A DNA stretch of 55,782 nt, filler included, from Squatina squatina (GCA_031763465.1; 3 parts of 3 records of this genome joined end to end with filler, not necessarily neighbours in it); one strand, 5' to 3'. Shown: positions 10,276 through 22,290, numbered from the whole stretch's first letter. Numbers and translations are program-made. Notes: generated by a model not told the origin, from the sequence alone.

Positions 10276-11139
10276 GCCAAACTGGCAACCATCAAGGCCC
10301 GCAAGAACCGGCCAGGTGCAGACGAGGGAGAGCCTGTGGAGATGACGGATCTCGAAACTGATGTCACCCGCATCATTGGAGCGGAGACGGGTGAGCCTGT
10401 GGCCAGGGGGAAGTGTCATGCTGCCCCCGATGATGATGGTGAGTGACACAGCACTGACTTAACGATGACTCTTCTTCCTTGTTGTGTCCCCATCAAGACC
10501 TTAGCAGTGCTACTCTGCAGCCTTCAGCTCTCAAACCTGCCTTTGGGCATTACCTTTATGTGCCTTTTATTCCATTGTGTCTTCCAGACATTCCCTCCTG
10601 TCCTGAAATGCAAGAGCCATCGCACTTGGCAAGGGAGTATTCAGAAGCCTCCACGCCTCCTCAACCAACATTAACAGCTGAGGCTGCATCTGCGAAGGAG
10701 GGGTGGGAGGAGGAGGAAGAGTAATGGGAAGTGGAGGAGCTGAGGGTGGGGGAGGTTGAGGAGGGTGGGGAAGAGGGGGACTGGCCACTGACATTAAGTG
10801 GCACAAGCAGTGCCACACCATACTCCTTCCTCATGCACCGCTCAGAGCCTTGCATCTCGCGTTCTGTACAGGGCAGATCTGAACCTCGGTTTACACAGGA
10901 TGCTTCACAGGGTCCAAGCAGGGTACAGCATGGGGAAAGACCTAGGGAAGCTGGTGTGGCAAGTGGTCAGAGGGTCACTTGGACAGTCGGCACTGCTGGC
11001 CATGGCACTGATGAGGACCTCAGCGGGGGCAATGTACCACAGACGGTCTTGACCATGCATGAGCAGATGACGGCGTCGATTGCAAGGCTGCCAGAGACCC
11101 TCGCAGAGGTGCTGAGGAACGCAGAGGAATCTGCCTCCT
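10276..11139 (+). pseudogene. Spliced Myb/SANT-like (NAIF1/MSANTD4-type) gene remnant of a Harbinger transposon
   Basis: Exon 10276-10438 (tgcAG| AKLATIKARKNRPG..EMTDLETDVTRIIG..DDD |GTgagt), intron 10439-10587 (cttccAG), then an in-frame exon from 10588: acidic linker and MHEQMTASIARLPETLAEVLRNAEES. One in-frame TAA at 10722-10724 inside a Glu run. Confidence 0.65.
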
Positions 11140-11564
11140 NNNNNNNNNNNNNNNNNNNNNNNNNNNNNNNNNNNNNNNNNNNNNNNNNNNNNNNNNNNNN
11201 NNNNNNNNNNNNNNNNNNNNNNNNNNNNNNNNNNNNNNNNNNNNNNNNNNNNNNNNNNNNNNNNNNNNNNNNNNNNNNNNNNNNNNNNNNNNNNNNNNNN
11301 NNNNNNNNNNNNNNNNNNNNNNNNNNNNNNNNNNNNNNNNNNNNNNNNNNNNNNNNNNNNNNNNNNNNNNNNNNNNNNNNNNNNNNNNNNNNNNNNNNNN
11401 NNNNNNNNNNNNNNNNNNNNNNNNNNNNNNNNNNNNNNNNNNNNNNNNNNNNNNNNNNNNNNNNNNNNNNNNNNNNNNNNNNNNNNNNNNNNNNNNNNNN
11501 NNNNNNNNNNNNNNNNNNNNNNNNNNNNNNNNNNNNNNNNNNNNNNNNNNNNNNNNNNNNNNNN

Positions 11565-11770
11565 GGTCAAAGAGGTAGGCTTTAAGGAGGGTCTTACAGG
11601 AGGAGAGAGAGGTGGAGAGGCAGAGAGGTTTAAGGAGGAAATTCCAGAGTGCAGGGCCTGGACAACTGAAGGCATGGCCACCATTGGTGGGTTAAGGGAG
11701 TGGTGGTTGCATAAGATGCTAGAGTTGGAGGAACACAGAGTTCTTTGAGTGCTGTAGGGGTGGAGGAGTT
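11565..11770 (-). mobile_element. L2 LINE 3' region
   Basis: ggtcaaagaggtaggctttaaggagggtctt..ggtggagaggcagagaggtttaaggaggaaattccagag is the reverse of the L2 3' end seen at 49735-49997. Confidence 0.8.
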
Positions 11771-11779
11771 GCATTCATG

Positions 11780-12000
11780 TCTAGTTTCTGGCCTAACCCA
11801 ATATCAATACAAAATTGCTTTTTCACAAAAGGTCAATGGATAGCAGGAACTCTGGAGAATTTTTCCCCTTTCTAACCCACGGATGCTGCGACTACAGTAG
11901 TTTGATCACACTCAAGTTGCGATCACTCGGTTATAGAGTAAGGACTGAAACTAGGACCTTCCTTCCTGGTCTGCATGGATTAGCTTTCTCCTGTATAAAC
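11780..12000 (-). mobile_element. MamSINE1-like SINE
   Basis: Reverse strand ccatgcagaccaggaagg..ggtcctagtttc..gggttagaaaggggaaaaattctccagagttcctgctatccattgacc. Confidence 0.55.
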
Positions 12001-12324
12001 CAAATGCTGTATAAACTTTCTAAACTGCCAAGGAAGCCATAAGATGGTGTTGTTGGTTGAAAAATTTGGAGATACTTGATTAGTTGCCATGTTTAGTATA
12101 ACCCTTACTGGTGCAGTGATGGGAGCTGTTCAGAGACTGGAGCTCAGGCATGTTGTTTGGGAAGTATAGCGAAGTTGTTCACAACATCTGACATGCCGTA
12201 TCTGATGTGGGTCTTGATTGATCCTTCAGTTCTGCTAAGATGACCAACAGTACAAAAATAGCACAGGAGTATCCAGCCAAAATAACAATACTGGCAAGAA
12301 GCAGGCATGAAAATAAAACCTCCT

Positions 12325-12465
12325 AGGGATAGGGTAGTGGCTTGGGTTAAAGCAGGGTAGTACACTTGTTTTTTTAAGAATTAGGGAATATTAGCATACT
12401 CTTCTTTTGCCTCTGGGACCTGGGCTCAAATCCAGCCTAAACGGTTGAGATGAAAGTCTACTGCC
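12325..12465 (+). mobile_element. LF-SINE-like tRNA head
   Basis: cttttgcctctgggacctgggctcaaatccagcc..gatgaaagtc, compared with the recalled LF-SINE CCTTTCACCTCTAGGTCACTGGGTTCAAATCCAGCC..GAAAGTC. Confidence 0.5.
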
Positions 12466-12609
12466 TCGTGAGAATATAATAAAGCAAAGAACAAGAAGCT
12501 CTTTGGAACTTTGAAGCTCATCTCTCTACTGTATTAACTCTACCATCATGGCATCTATTGTAGTCAGAATAAACCCAATGCTTTTGCATCTGTGCAGCAT
12601 TTTGTCCTA

Positions 12610-12935
12610 TAGAATGGGAAGATTCAGCTCCCTGGTCTGTGCTAACTTAGTTAATTAATCCCAGCAGCCACTATGGAAGTGGTACTATAGTTGGGCTCAG
12701 TGCCCCTGAGGTAGAACAGGATAAAACTGTCTCGGGTTAATGTTTTTTCTAAGTATCCAGCGACCCCTATTTAAGATGTACATGCATGCGAATGCCAAGT
12801 GAGGACCAGGTCAGCCATAACTGTGATATTCAAATAATTTGCTGCATTCATTGCTTAGGCTCACAAATGAAGAATGGCCACTTGTGCGAAGTACCACTGG
12901 GCTGCTGGTATCACAGAACCATAATAACCAGCATG
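12610..12935 (+). mobile_element. MamSINE1-like SINE (best copy)
   Basis: ccctggtctgtgctaacttagtta..ttgggctcagtgcccctg..tatccagcgacccct..gtgaggaccagg..taggctcacaaatgaagaatggccacttg..gaagtacc. Confidence 0.6.
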
Positions 12936-13899
12936 TTTTTTTTTTTAAAAAGCCCCTTTAGGCCTCCCTACAAATAAATCTCTTTATGCAAAGGGAATAG
13001 ATGTACTCATAAAAAAATGAAAAGCTGACAAAATATACAGAGAACAATGCAACACTGGCCACTCAAGGGGGAATTGGGCAGATCAATCAAAGCTTTGCTA
13101 CGCTAGAGTAAAAATAAAATGAAAAATTCACTGCATTGAAGTAATATCTAACACTCAATCAGGAGTACAATGCCAGTGAAGCTGTGATCCCTGCACTGGG
13201 AAATCTAACATAATCCTGGAGGAGAGGTGCAGGGGAGGTGGTGAGAATTAATGACCCCATACCCTATACCTTAGCGAGGATCAGTCTGTTCAGGAAGAGA
13301 GAGAAATAAAATGGATTTTTTTTTACTTCCTGACTCACTGTTGTATTTTTCAGTGGTGAAATAAAAACAAAATCTAGATTTTCAGATCTGAATTAAAACA
13401 CTAAATAAAATGAAAATGTGTTTAACCCTTTTAAACTTAAACCTCAAACATTTACCTTTTCCCATTATTAATAGCATTTTTGGCACAATATTATTGTGTA
13501 AGTTGTATTAGATCCAAGTAACAGGAGACAATTTTATAATAACTGTAATCAACCATTGATAAATTTGTAACTACTTATACATGTATAAAGTAGTTTTTTT
13601 CTGCAAGAAAATGGGAAGTATGTCAATGATGTGCTGCAATGTGTTTGGGTGATATGCCTGTCATGGTNNNNNNNNNNAGATGCTGCTTGAATCAGTTTCC
13701 ATCCAAAATTCCCTCATGTTTTTGATCCTTCCTGAGTTCTACATGCTGTGTCCTGACCTCATCTAAATATATAATAATGGGGGCACAGCAGCTCGGTTTC
13801 ATGCATTTACATTCGCAAATCACACTGGGTAGCTGAGACAGGCAGAAGTGAGGAGTTTTTAAGCCAGAAATGTATGGAGAATTTCAATAGCTATAGTTG

Positions 13900-14087
13900 C
13901 AGCTGTGAATCATTTTTGTAGCAATTATTTTTGGCATTTTGCCTACACACACCTGAACTTTTTATCACTGATTCTGAAAGGGTGCGACCACTGGGGTGGG
14001 GGTTCTCAGGAGCAGGAGTGACATTCCCTATGGGCATAGCCTCGAATGCCATCAGCATGGAGGAAGAGCAACAGCAGCACAGGGTGG
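13900..14087 (+). mobile_element. Possible 5' UTR and start of a Harbinger-type ORF
   Basis: ATG at 14030 (MGIASNAISMEEEQQQHRV) runs into a gap; MG start and low-complexity N-terminus like the other Harbinger-type copies. Confidence 0.3.
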
Positions 14088-14199
14088 NNNNNNNNNNNNN
14101 NNNNNNNNNNNNNNNNNNNNNNNNNNNNNNNNNNNNNNNNNNNNNNNNNNNNNNNNNNNNNNNNNNNNNNNNNNNNNNNNNNNNNNNCAGCTCCACTCA

Positions 14200-14445
14200 C
14201 GATTCCTCAGATAATTAAGTAGCCTATGCCCATATGCAGCAATACTTGGATAACATCCAGGCTGAGGTTGATAACTGGTAAGTGGCATTGTACCAGTTAA
14301 GTGTCAGGCAATGAACATCTTCAACAAGAGAGAGTCAAACCATCTCCTCTTGACATTCAATGGCATTACCATCACTGAGTTTGCCACCATCAACATCCTG
14401 GGAGTCACAATTGACCAGAAACTCAACTGGACCAGCCACAGAAAT
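14200..14445 (+). mobile_element. CR1/L2-group LINE RT fragment (second family)
   Basis: NIFNKRESNHLLLTFNGITITEFATINILGVTIDQKLNWTSH carries the (I/Y)LGV.ID..L.W motif of non-LTR RT thumb. Confidence 0.8.
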
Positions 14446-14523
14446 GCTGAGGTCTGCTTGGTTTCTTTGACCATGTTTGACCTGAAGCCATGATACTTCA
14501 CAGAGTCCAGAGTCTGTTGAAAA

Positions 14524-14595
14524 GGATATATAGGCACTCTAAATATCTGCTGAACAGGATATATAGGCGCTCCAAATGTCCATTAAACTGGATGT
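14524..14595. repeat. ~33-bp tandem duplication
   Basis: ggatatataggcactctaaatatctgctgaaca / ggatatataggcgctccaaatgtccattaaact. Confidence 0.6.
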
Positions 14596-15404
14596 TTAAG
14601 ATTTATTGAGCAATATCTATAGGCACTTCAAAAGAGTGTTAAACGGAATACATAAAGATTCCGAAGTTAATTGAGCAGAATGCATAGACACACCAAAAGT
14701 TTAGCAAAGTCAGACTTGTGCTTTTATTTCCATGAATTCTCTTCCTGCTGTTCTCTCGAACAGTGCCACTACCACTTCCACCTGTGTGAGTAGATGTTTC
14801 TATCCTTCTGTTGATTCTGGCACTAAGCATCAAACAACTAATATTGAGTTTGACTGCAAGTTGTCAATCACCACTACAATTCAATTTGTTCTCTATCTCC
14901 GATGGCGCTGATGCATCTGTTACTGTCCTATCCTCATTACAATTTAACCTCAATAAAAAGGAAATCCTGGGCTAGATGATAAAAGAGGAGAAATCATTCA
15001 GGCTCCATAAACATCATGACCTCAAAGCCATCTAAATTTACTCTTATTTATACAACTGCCATCCTCCACTGTCACCTGTTTGCAAATTGCCTTTGTGCTG
15101 TCCTCAACTGAAGAGAATGTAATATCAGGAGCAGAAAAACAAATCAACATATGTGAATTGGTAAAACTTTCTAGTTCATCTGGACCATAAATTGAAGACG
15201 AAAGCATAAAAGTTGCTAATGACAATATTAGCAGGCGAATGCTTAACATGTTGATGTGAATTTCCCCATCTTATATTTTAACACAGGCATCAACCTGCTT
15301 ATTTCAAATCAGTCAATCTCCCGTGGTATTGCACATAGCGAGTCAACCAAAGACACTTTTCAGGTCAAACAAGATTAGAGTGGAAAGATAATTCAATAAG
15401 GTGC

Positions 15405-15640
15405 AAAAGGAGGCAGATGGGAGGGGAGGGAAAGAGCAGTGGGAGAGGGAGGAGAGAGAAGAGGTGTAGGAGGGAGAAAGGACTAGAGATACCATGACGG
15501 GGAGGAGAGGGGAAGAGAGGTGGGAGAGGAGGACAGGGATGGGATACAAAATGAAGATTAGGAGAGGTGGGAAAGAGAGGATGAGTGGAGGAGAGGAGGA
15601 AGAAAGGGAATAGGGAAGGAAGGGAAAAAGAGAGTGTGGT
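15405..15640. repeat. Polypurine (G/A) low-complexity tract
   Basis: Almost purely G/A on the + strand for ~230 nt. Confidence 0.8.
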
Positions 15641-15740
15641 NNNNNNNNNNNNNNNNNNNNNNNNNNNNNNNNNNNNNNNNNNNNNNNNNNNNNNNNNNNN
15701 NNNNNNNNNNNNNNNNNNNNNNNNNNNNNNNNNNNNNNNN

Positions 15741-16015
15741 GAAGAGGTAGAGCTGGGTGTCATCAATGTACATGTGGAAACTGACCTCAAGTACATGTGG
15801 AAACTGACCTCATGTCTGTGGATAATGACTCCAAGGGACAGCATGTAGATAAGGAAGAAGAGAGGACCAATGTGAATCACTGGGGAATTTCCAGGGGGAT
15901 GATGTGGAGCGATGGGAAGAGAAGCCAATAAAGTGAGGCTCTGGCTACACTAAAAGTGGAGCCTAGAAAGGGCAGTTCCATTGAACTGGATAATAGAGGC
16001 AAGACATTGGAGGAG
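15741..16015 (-). mobile_element. L2 LINE RT fragment with internal 23-bp tandem duplication
   Basis: GPLFFLIYMLSLG..SFHMY and MYIDDTQLYL. gtacatgtggaaactgacctca occurs at 15768-15789 and again at 15791-15812. Confidence 0.8.
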
Positions 16016-16529
16016 AATGGTATAGATCAGCATGTTAAATTTAATGACTTACTTCACAAAAGCCCACAACTTGCCAAAATTTAATTGACTTGGTTTTACT
16101 ATCCATTCCCTACTGATTTGAAGAGTAAAAGATAAATTATGCAGAAGAGGATTACAAGATTAATAAAATTAATCAAAGTTTCTTTTCTGTACCAAATGTA
16201 AAAAATTAACCTTTTGACTTTTGCAGAAAGAAACAATAGGGCATCTCTGAGGTGCCACCATCAATAAATAATTCATGCTGTGCGGTATGTCGGCCTTAAT
16301 TTTATTCATACATCAATGGAAAGAGACTCATAAAACATACAAGGCTGGATATTACACTGTGTAGTATCATTTTAAATGGTCAAAAAACATCGTGCAACAG
16401 AAATTCCAATATGCATTCACAAGTGAGGCTCTCCTTCAGAAGCGAATGTTGGAAAATTTAACATGTTTGTGTCAAATTTCTCTGTCTGCCATTTTAATGC
16501 AGTCTTTTACTTATTTTAAATAGGTTTGA

Positions 16530-16690
16530 GTACAAAATCCGTGCTGACAGTCCAGTACAGCACTGAGGGAGTGCTGCACTATCGGAGGTGCCAGCTTTTG
16601 GATGAAACATTAAACCAAGGCCTCGTCTACCCACTCAGGTGGACACAAAAGAATCCATGGCTATTTTGAAAAAGAGCCGGGAAGATGAGC
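16530..16690 (+). mobile_element. DeuSINE internal fragment
   Basis: gagggagtgctgcactatcggaggtgcc..ggatgaaacattaaaccaaggcc..caggtggac. Confidence 0.8.
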
Positions 16691-16924
16691 CTGACTGGGA
16701 AATTGGGCAGCCCCCTGTACACTCTGTAAGAGTCATAAGGCAGGCACTCATTAATGTAATTAAACCCCTCAAGCATCAACTGCATATGTGACCAATACCA
16801 TTTCATAGTTTTTCTGCCATTGCGGGTGAAATTCTGTAGAGGCTCTCATTTCTGTGGAAAAGCTATGAAAACCCTGGAAAAATGACAAAACATGGACAAC
16901 CTCTGGAGAGATTCACCTCCATTA

Positions 16925-17315
16925 TGTCAACTTGGCACAGTGGTATCACACTCGCCACTGAGTTGAAAGGTCATGGGTCCAAGCCCCTCCAGGACTTGAA
17001 CACATTATCTAGACTCACACTGTAGAACTGAGAGGCTGCATTCTGAATGAGATAGGAAACAGAGGACCTGCCTGCTGGCTCAAGTTGATGGGATAGTTCT
17101 CATGACACCATTTGAAGAAAAAGGGCATTTCTTAGCCAATATTTATTCCTCAACCAACACCACAAAAAAAGGTTTTGTTCATGTGTACCATTTCTGGTTG
17201 TGGGACATTGCAAATTAGGAGTTATGTTTGACTATATTACAATAGTGACTACACTAATACTTAATTGGCTGCGAAACTCTTTGGGACAGATGTGAAAGGT
17301 GTTGTAAAGTTCTCT
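16925..17315 (+). mobile_element. Degenerate DeuSINE
   Basis: tRNA head (gggtccaagcccc), gccaatatttattcctcaaccaacac, tgtgggac, tail acttaattggctgcgaa. Confidence 0.7.
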
Positions 17316-17594
17316 CTTTTTTAAAAGGCTAATGCATCGATTAGAAAAACAGGACTTGGAGAAAGCAGAGTTGGAAGCAAAATATGACTCATAAACTTTA
17401 AAATGTTTCTTATGGCCCTTCACTTTTCTGGTACCACATGCTCTTCTCGAGAAACATCATGCGTATTTAATCTTACCTCCAGAACGTCTGCCAAAATAAT
17501 GAAATCCATACCATTCTACAAAGAGGTAGACAGTCCAAATTGTGGTGTCCAAGTTGGTCAAGGCACATGAAATATAATAGCGCATGATTTGCTG

Positions 17595-18075
17595 TATGAG
17601 TGAATCTAACGGCATCTGCCATTAGCGTTGCTATTACATGTTCAGGTTTTTACATTTTTTGCGTTGCAAGTTGCTGTAAGTGCGAGCTGATGATGTCGCA
17701 GCGAGGGGAACAGGGCATCTGGGACCCGAGGGAACAGGGCAAGCAACTGGGTATCTCCTTAACCAGATTGAAGGATTGTGAAACAAATGGCGCAAGGACT
17801 GAGAAGGAAGTGTAAATGAGAGTGGGTGGAATTCAATGTCAAATCAGGTACAGAAAGAGAAATAAAGAGAGAAAATTAGTTTGATTAAGATAGAGAAGAG
17901 AAAGAGACAGTAAAAAAGTTAGAAAAAAATTAATTATATATTAAAAAAATCTCCAACAGCAATTAAAACCTGAAGGGACGAGGCACCACACTTGCAAGAG
18001 TTAATTTTCAGAGCTAGAGAGGTTGACTGGCAGCAAATAACAGTTATCACTTGGTTAAAATAGTGCTTAGACTGA
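17595..18075. mobile_element. Unclassified shark non-autonomous DNA element
   Basis: caagttgctg..gagctgatgatgtc and ttaattttcag..gttgactggcagc..tatcac..gttaaaa, recognised as a common elasmobranch repeat. Confidence 0.4.
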
Positions 18076-18081
18076 AATTAG

Positions 18082-18256
18082 GCCTCCAGCCAAGCTGTTC
18101 CAGTACAGCTACAACACTGGCATCTATCCGACAATGTGGAAAACTGCCCAGGTGTGTCCTTTCCACAGAAAAACAGAACAAATCCAATCTGGTCAATTAC
18201 CGTCCCATCAGTCTACTCTCAATCATTGGCAAAGTGGCGGAAGGTGTCGGAGACAG
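18082..18256 (+). mobile_element. CR1/L2-group LINE RT N-terminal fragment
   Basis: AKLFQYSYNTGIYPTMWKTAQVCP and KSNLVNYRPISLLSIIGKV (NYRPISLL motif) with a frameshift. Confidence 0.85.
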
Positions 18257-18989
18257 NNNNNNNNNNNNNNNNNNNNNNNNNNNNNNNNNNNNNNNNNNNN
18301 NNNNNNNNNNNNNNNNNNNNNNNNNNNNNNNNNNNNNNNNNNNNNNNNNNNNNNNNCGAGCGAAAGCGCCACCACAACTTGCTTGCTCACTGGATTTATT
18401 TACCATTTCAGTGACTTCACTAATAGATGTGAGCAGGTGCGGAGCACCGAGTATGTCGGGTCAGCATGATTCATTGGAAGCAAGACTAATAGCAGACACA
18501 GAGAGGGGGGAAGAGAGTAGGGCGGCTTGTTCAGCCGCAAAATTTAATGAACGAGGAGCCGCATGCGGTGGCCTCAGCAGCAATCAGAGGCTCATAATTG
18601 AAGCTGTTGTGACATGCATGCTGTGGGATTTAAGTGATGCTCATGAAAGCAAATCATGCCAGAGCAGGTCTTCGTGAAAAACAAAATTAAAAAAAAAATT
18701 TCAAATCGCTTGCCAGTGAAAGCAACAAGACCGGCATGTTTCAATGTCAAGGCACTTTTAATGAGAAGTAATTGAAGCTTGTCAAAGCTGCGTACAGAAA
18801 GCAGACATTGCAAGGATCAGTGTCTACTCCATATATCTTCTCTGCGCTTAAGGAATAGGATTCCAGTTCCTTCTGTAGGTTAAGAAGATTTTGTAGATCG
18901 GTCATACCACATATCGCTAAGCTTATAATGGAAAAAAATCATGATCATAGGCTGGCCCTGTCATCGATCTGTTTGTTTGTATGCCTATG

Positions 18990-19205
18990 TATTAAAGCAG
19001 AAAAGTTATGCTAAACCTTTATAAAACAGTGGCTAGGCCACAGCTGGAGTATTATGTCCAATTGTGGGCAGCACACTCTAGAACGGACATCAAGGCCTTG
19101 GAGAGGGTGCAGAGCAAACGAACCAGAGCAATGCCAAGAATGAGGGACTTCAGTTATATGGAGAGACTACAGCAGCTGGGATTGTTCTCCTTAGAGCAGA
19201 TAAAG
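18990..19205 (+). mobile_element. CR1 ORF2 3' fragment
   Basis: MLNLYKTVARPQLEYYVQLW..DIKALERVQ..SYMERLQQLGLFSLEQ. Confidence 0.85.
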
Positions 19206-19208
19206 TTA

Positions 19209-19430
19209 ACTTTGGTCTTGTGGATGTTCAGAGTGAGGCCCATTCTCTCATATGCCTGAACATCTACAAGACCAAAGTGCTGCACTAGCCCGCTCCTGCC
19301 ACACACCACCAACACCCACACCTCAAGGTACATGCCAAGCCCCTGGACAACGTGGAACACTTCCCATACCTTGGGAGTCTCCTCTCAGCCAGGGCAGACT
19401 TAGACGACGAGATCCAGCATCGCCTCCAGT
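19209..19430 (+). mobile_element. RTE-clade LINE RT fragment with inverted 5' end
   Basis: Plus strand: NIYKTKVL..DNVEHFPYLGSLLSARADLDDEIQHRLQ. Minus strand 19209-19255: AYERMGLTLNIHKTKV. Confidence 0.8.
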
Positions 19431-21604
19431 NNNNNNNNNNNNNNNNNNNNNNNNNNNNNNNNNNNNNNNNNNNNNNNNNNNNNNNNNNNNNNNNNNNNNN
19501 NNNNNNNNNNNNNNNNNNNNNNNNNNNNNNCCTGTCATGTGACATGAATATGAACAGAAAAATATAGTGGCACAGGCAGAAGGTAGGAGCCTAAAGTGGT
19601 TAACCAGGGCACCAATAATAACAGCGAATATTGCACACAAAACAATTACATGGGACAGATGGAGGGAGCGTGTTACAGGGCTGAAAGACAAAACCAACAT
19701 TGAATACTCAATCTCAGTATAATTTTGAAACACACTCTCAGGCAACTATTATTACACATATTTGTAATCAAGTCGGAGAAAAAACAATATTTAAATACAA
19801 GACCAGATTTCAATCTGATGTTGTTTAATGCTTGTGGCAGCCAGACAGAAGTGGGGCAATGTATTGCTGTTACTGCCCAGGCAACTACTGACCTCACTGT
19901 ACTGTCCTGAACTGAGGCAGGTTCGATCAAGGTTTTACTATGCCATAAATAAAAAAACAGAAGGCAAGGGAAATCTCAACTTTTGTAACAGAATGTGGCC
20001 ACAAAGAAATTCAAATGTGTTTGGAACATAATATTCTTGGGAGGTGACTTCCACTACCTTCTAGATTATTACCTGGCCTTTTCACTTAACCAAGTGACCT
20101 GCCCTTCCGGATCTTGGTCAGTGATTGGTAAGATGGCCAGAGAATTGGGTCTGACAGATATATGCTGGTGACAACATCCAACAGATAAAGACCATTTGTC
20201 CTCAACATGATCTATACACATGGATTGACGATTTGTCAGCGCCAGCTGTCTTGTTAAATTTGGTAATAAATATGGTCATAGAGCGTATCACATTGTCAAA
20301 TCATTCAGACTTCTCACATATTTCATTAGGTGTACAGGCTAATAGGGCATTTCAATGGAGGTTAAAGGCAGCCATTCTACAAGATAGATATATGTCTTGA
20401 TATCAATTGAGGCTGAACACAATGGCTTTCCAGGGTGCTTGTGAGAGACAGAATACTCCTTTTGTGCACTTAAGGTGATATAGTTACAGGGATGTAAAGG
20501 AGTAAGGGAGTCCTTTGTGACAAGGGAGGGGGTAGAATTATTCCATGGTCACAGAGCAAAATCATAAATCCATTCTTTGTAAAGCATATTTACACCTAGT
20601 GCACAGACAAAATCTCTCCCCTCTTCCCCCCAGCACACCCCCCCACCACCATTCCTCCCAAGACCCAAACCCCACAAATTTGACCCCAAGTGATTGTGAC
20701 ACAGTAGGACTTAGAGCAATTGAACTTGAGCACTCATAGTTTAACACCCTAAAAAGGCAAAAGGATCAGGTTATTGTTTAGTCAGAGAATTGTCTTCAAA
20801 AATCAGAACTGGAGCTTGTAGATACTGGACTCCAATGAATATTAAACAATGGAGCTGAAATTCCGGTNNNNNNNNNNNNNNNNNNNNNNNNNNNNNNNNN
20901 NNNNNNNNNNNNNNNNNNNNNNNNNNNNNNNNNNNNNNNNNNNNNNNNNNNNNNNNNNNNNNNNNNNTGTAGATCCAGGACCCTTAGGTAAGTACGTAAT
21001 TTGCTCGCAGGAAGCCTCCAATCACAATTTCAGGCCCATGTTATGATGATTGAGGGATAAATATTGGCCGAGGCAATGCGAATTTCTCCCCCGATGTCTC
21101 CTTGGAAGGAAATGTGGGGAGTGAGCTTATACTCAGTCCATATCTGCATGCTTCCTTTCTGGCTGGATTGCCTCATCATACGGTAACTTCTGCAAAAACA
21201 ATGCAGTATGAAAATGCGTCCCTATCAGATGTCGACGGGTTGCTCTTCTCTTCCAGCACTGGGATACTTAAATAGCAACTTTCCTACCTGACTCCTAATT
21301 TCAGTCCAGGTCCCCATGGATGATTTGAAATTGGAGACAGCCCAGCTGGATAAATACAAAACAGGATACAACAACAGAAGCCAAGACTGAAGGCCGGAGG
21401 GAGAGCTGTCATTTAAACATTATAGCACAGTAGAAACTGAGCACTAGTGACTAGGAAGGCTCTGGATGAAATGAGAAACAGAGAAAATGCATTTGTGGAT
21501 GGCAGCTGACATGAAGATGAGAATTCTGTTGGATAATAGCTCTGTAACGTTAACCCTCATCTCAAACAAGAGTCACGCATTTTTCAAGTTTATTGAGTGT
21601 AATG

Positions 21605-21640
21605 TTTGGGGGTCACCTTATACACAAGTATATACGATAC
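21605..21640. mobile_element. Possible TcMar/Tigger-type terminal repeat remnant
   Basis: ggggtcaccttatacacaagtatatacgata resembles the recalled end ggtcgncttatac.cgagtatatacggta. Confidence 0.3.
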
Positions 21641-22139
21641 TTGAAAACTCTTCATTTTAGAAAGCACTGTGTTCAGACAGGCTGATTTAGATTAAATGCG
21701 GAGGACTAGCACAAAGTAACTGGTACCACAGCTCTGCTTTTAATATAAGCCAGGCTGTCTGAATACGATAGGATCTGAAATGAAGAAATATCTCCTCTCT
21801 CTCGCACTTTGGCAGATGGATTTTTCCTTTTGAAAGCCAAAACAAATAACTGTGTGCCTTTGTCAGATGCAGTGGTTGATCCTGTTATCAATATTTATAC
21901 ACACACATGCACAAGCACATCTTGACTCTAGCCATGCTCAGGTTTACCTAATATCATCTTTACACAGCGTACATAAGTTACCATTTTCTTTGCATATAAT
22001 TCTTGATGTATTGCTGCTGGAAGTCAAGTTTCAAGCCTCCTTGGTTGTCCACTGCCCTCCTGCCACCCAACCTACTCTTACATTGCTCTGGACTTAGCTG
22101 GTATAATTGGATTTACTGCTTCCCTGATGATCCCTAGGA

Positions 22140-22290
22140 GATTTGAGCACAAAATATATGCTGACACCAGTGTTGGGGGTATTGTTGGATTAGGCATTAA
22201 ACCAAGACCCCGTCTGCCCTCTCAGGGGACATAAAAGATACTATGGCGCTATTTCGAAGAAAGGTAGGGGAGTTCTCCCTGATGTCCCGG
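22140..22290 (+). mobile_element. DeuSINE fragment
   Basis: ttaaaccaagaccccgtctgccctctcagg.gacataaaagatactatggcgctatttcgaaga. Confidence 0.8.
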
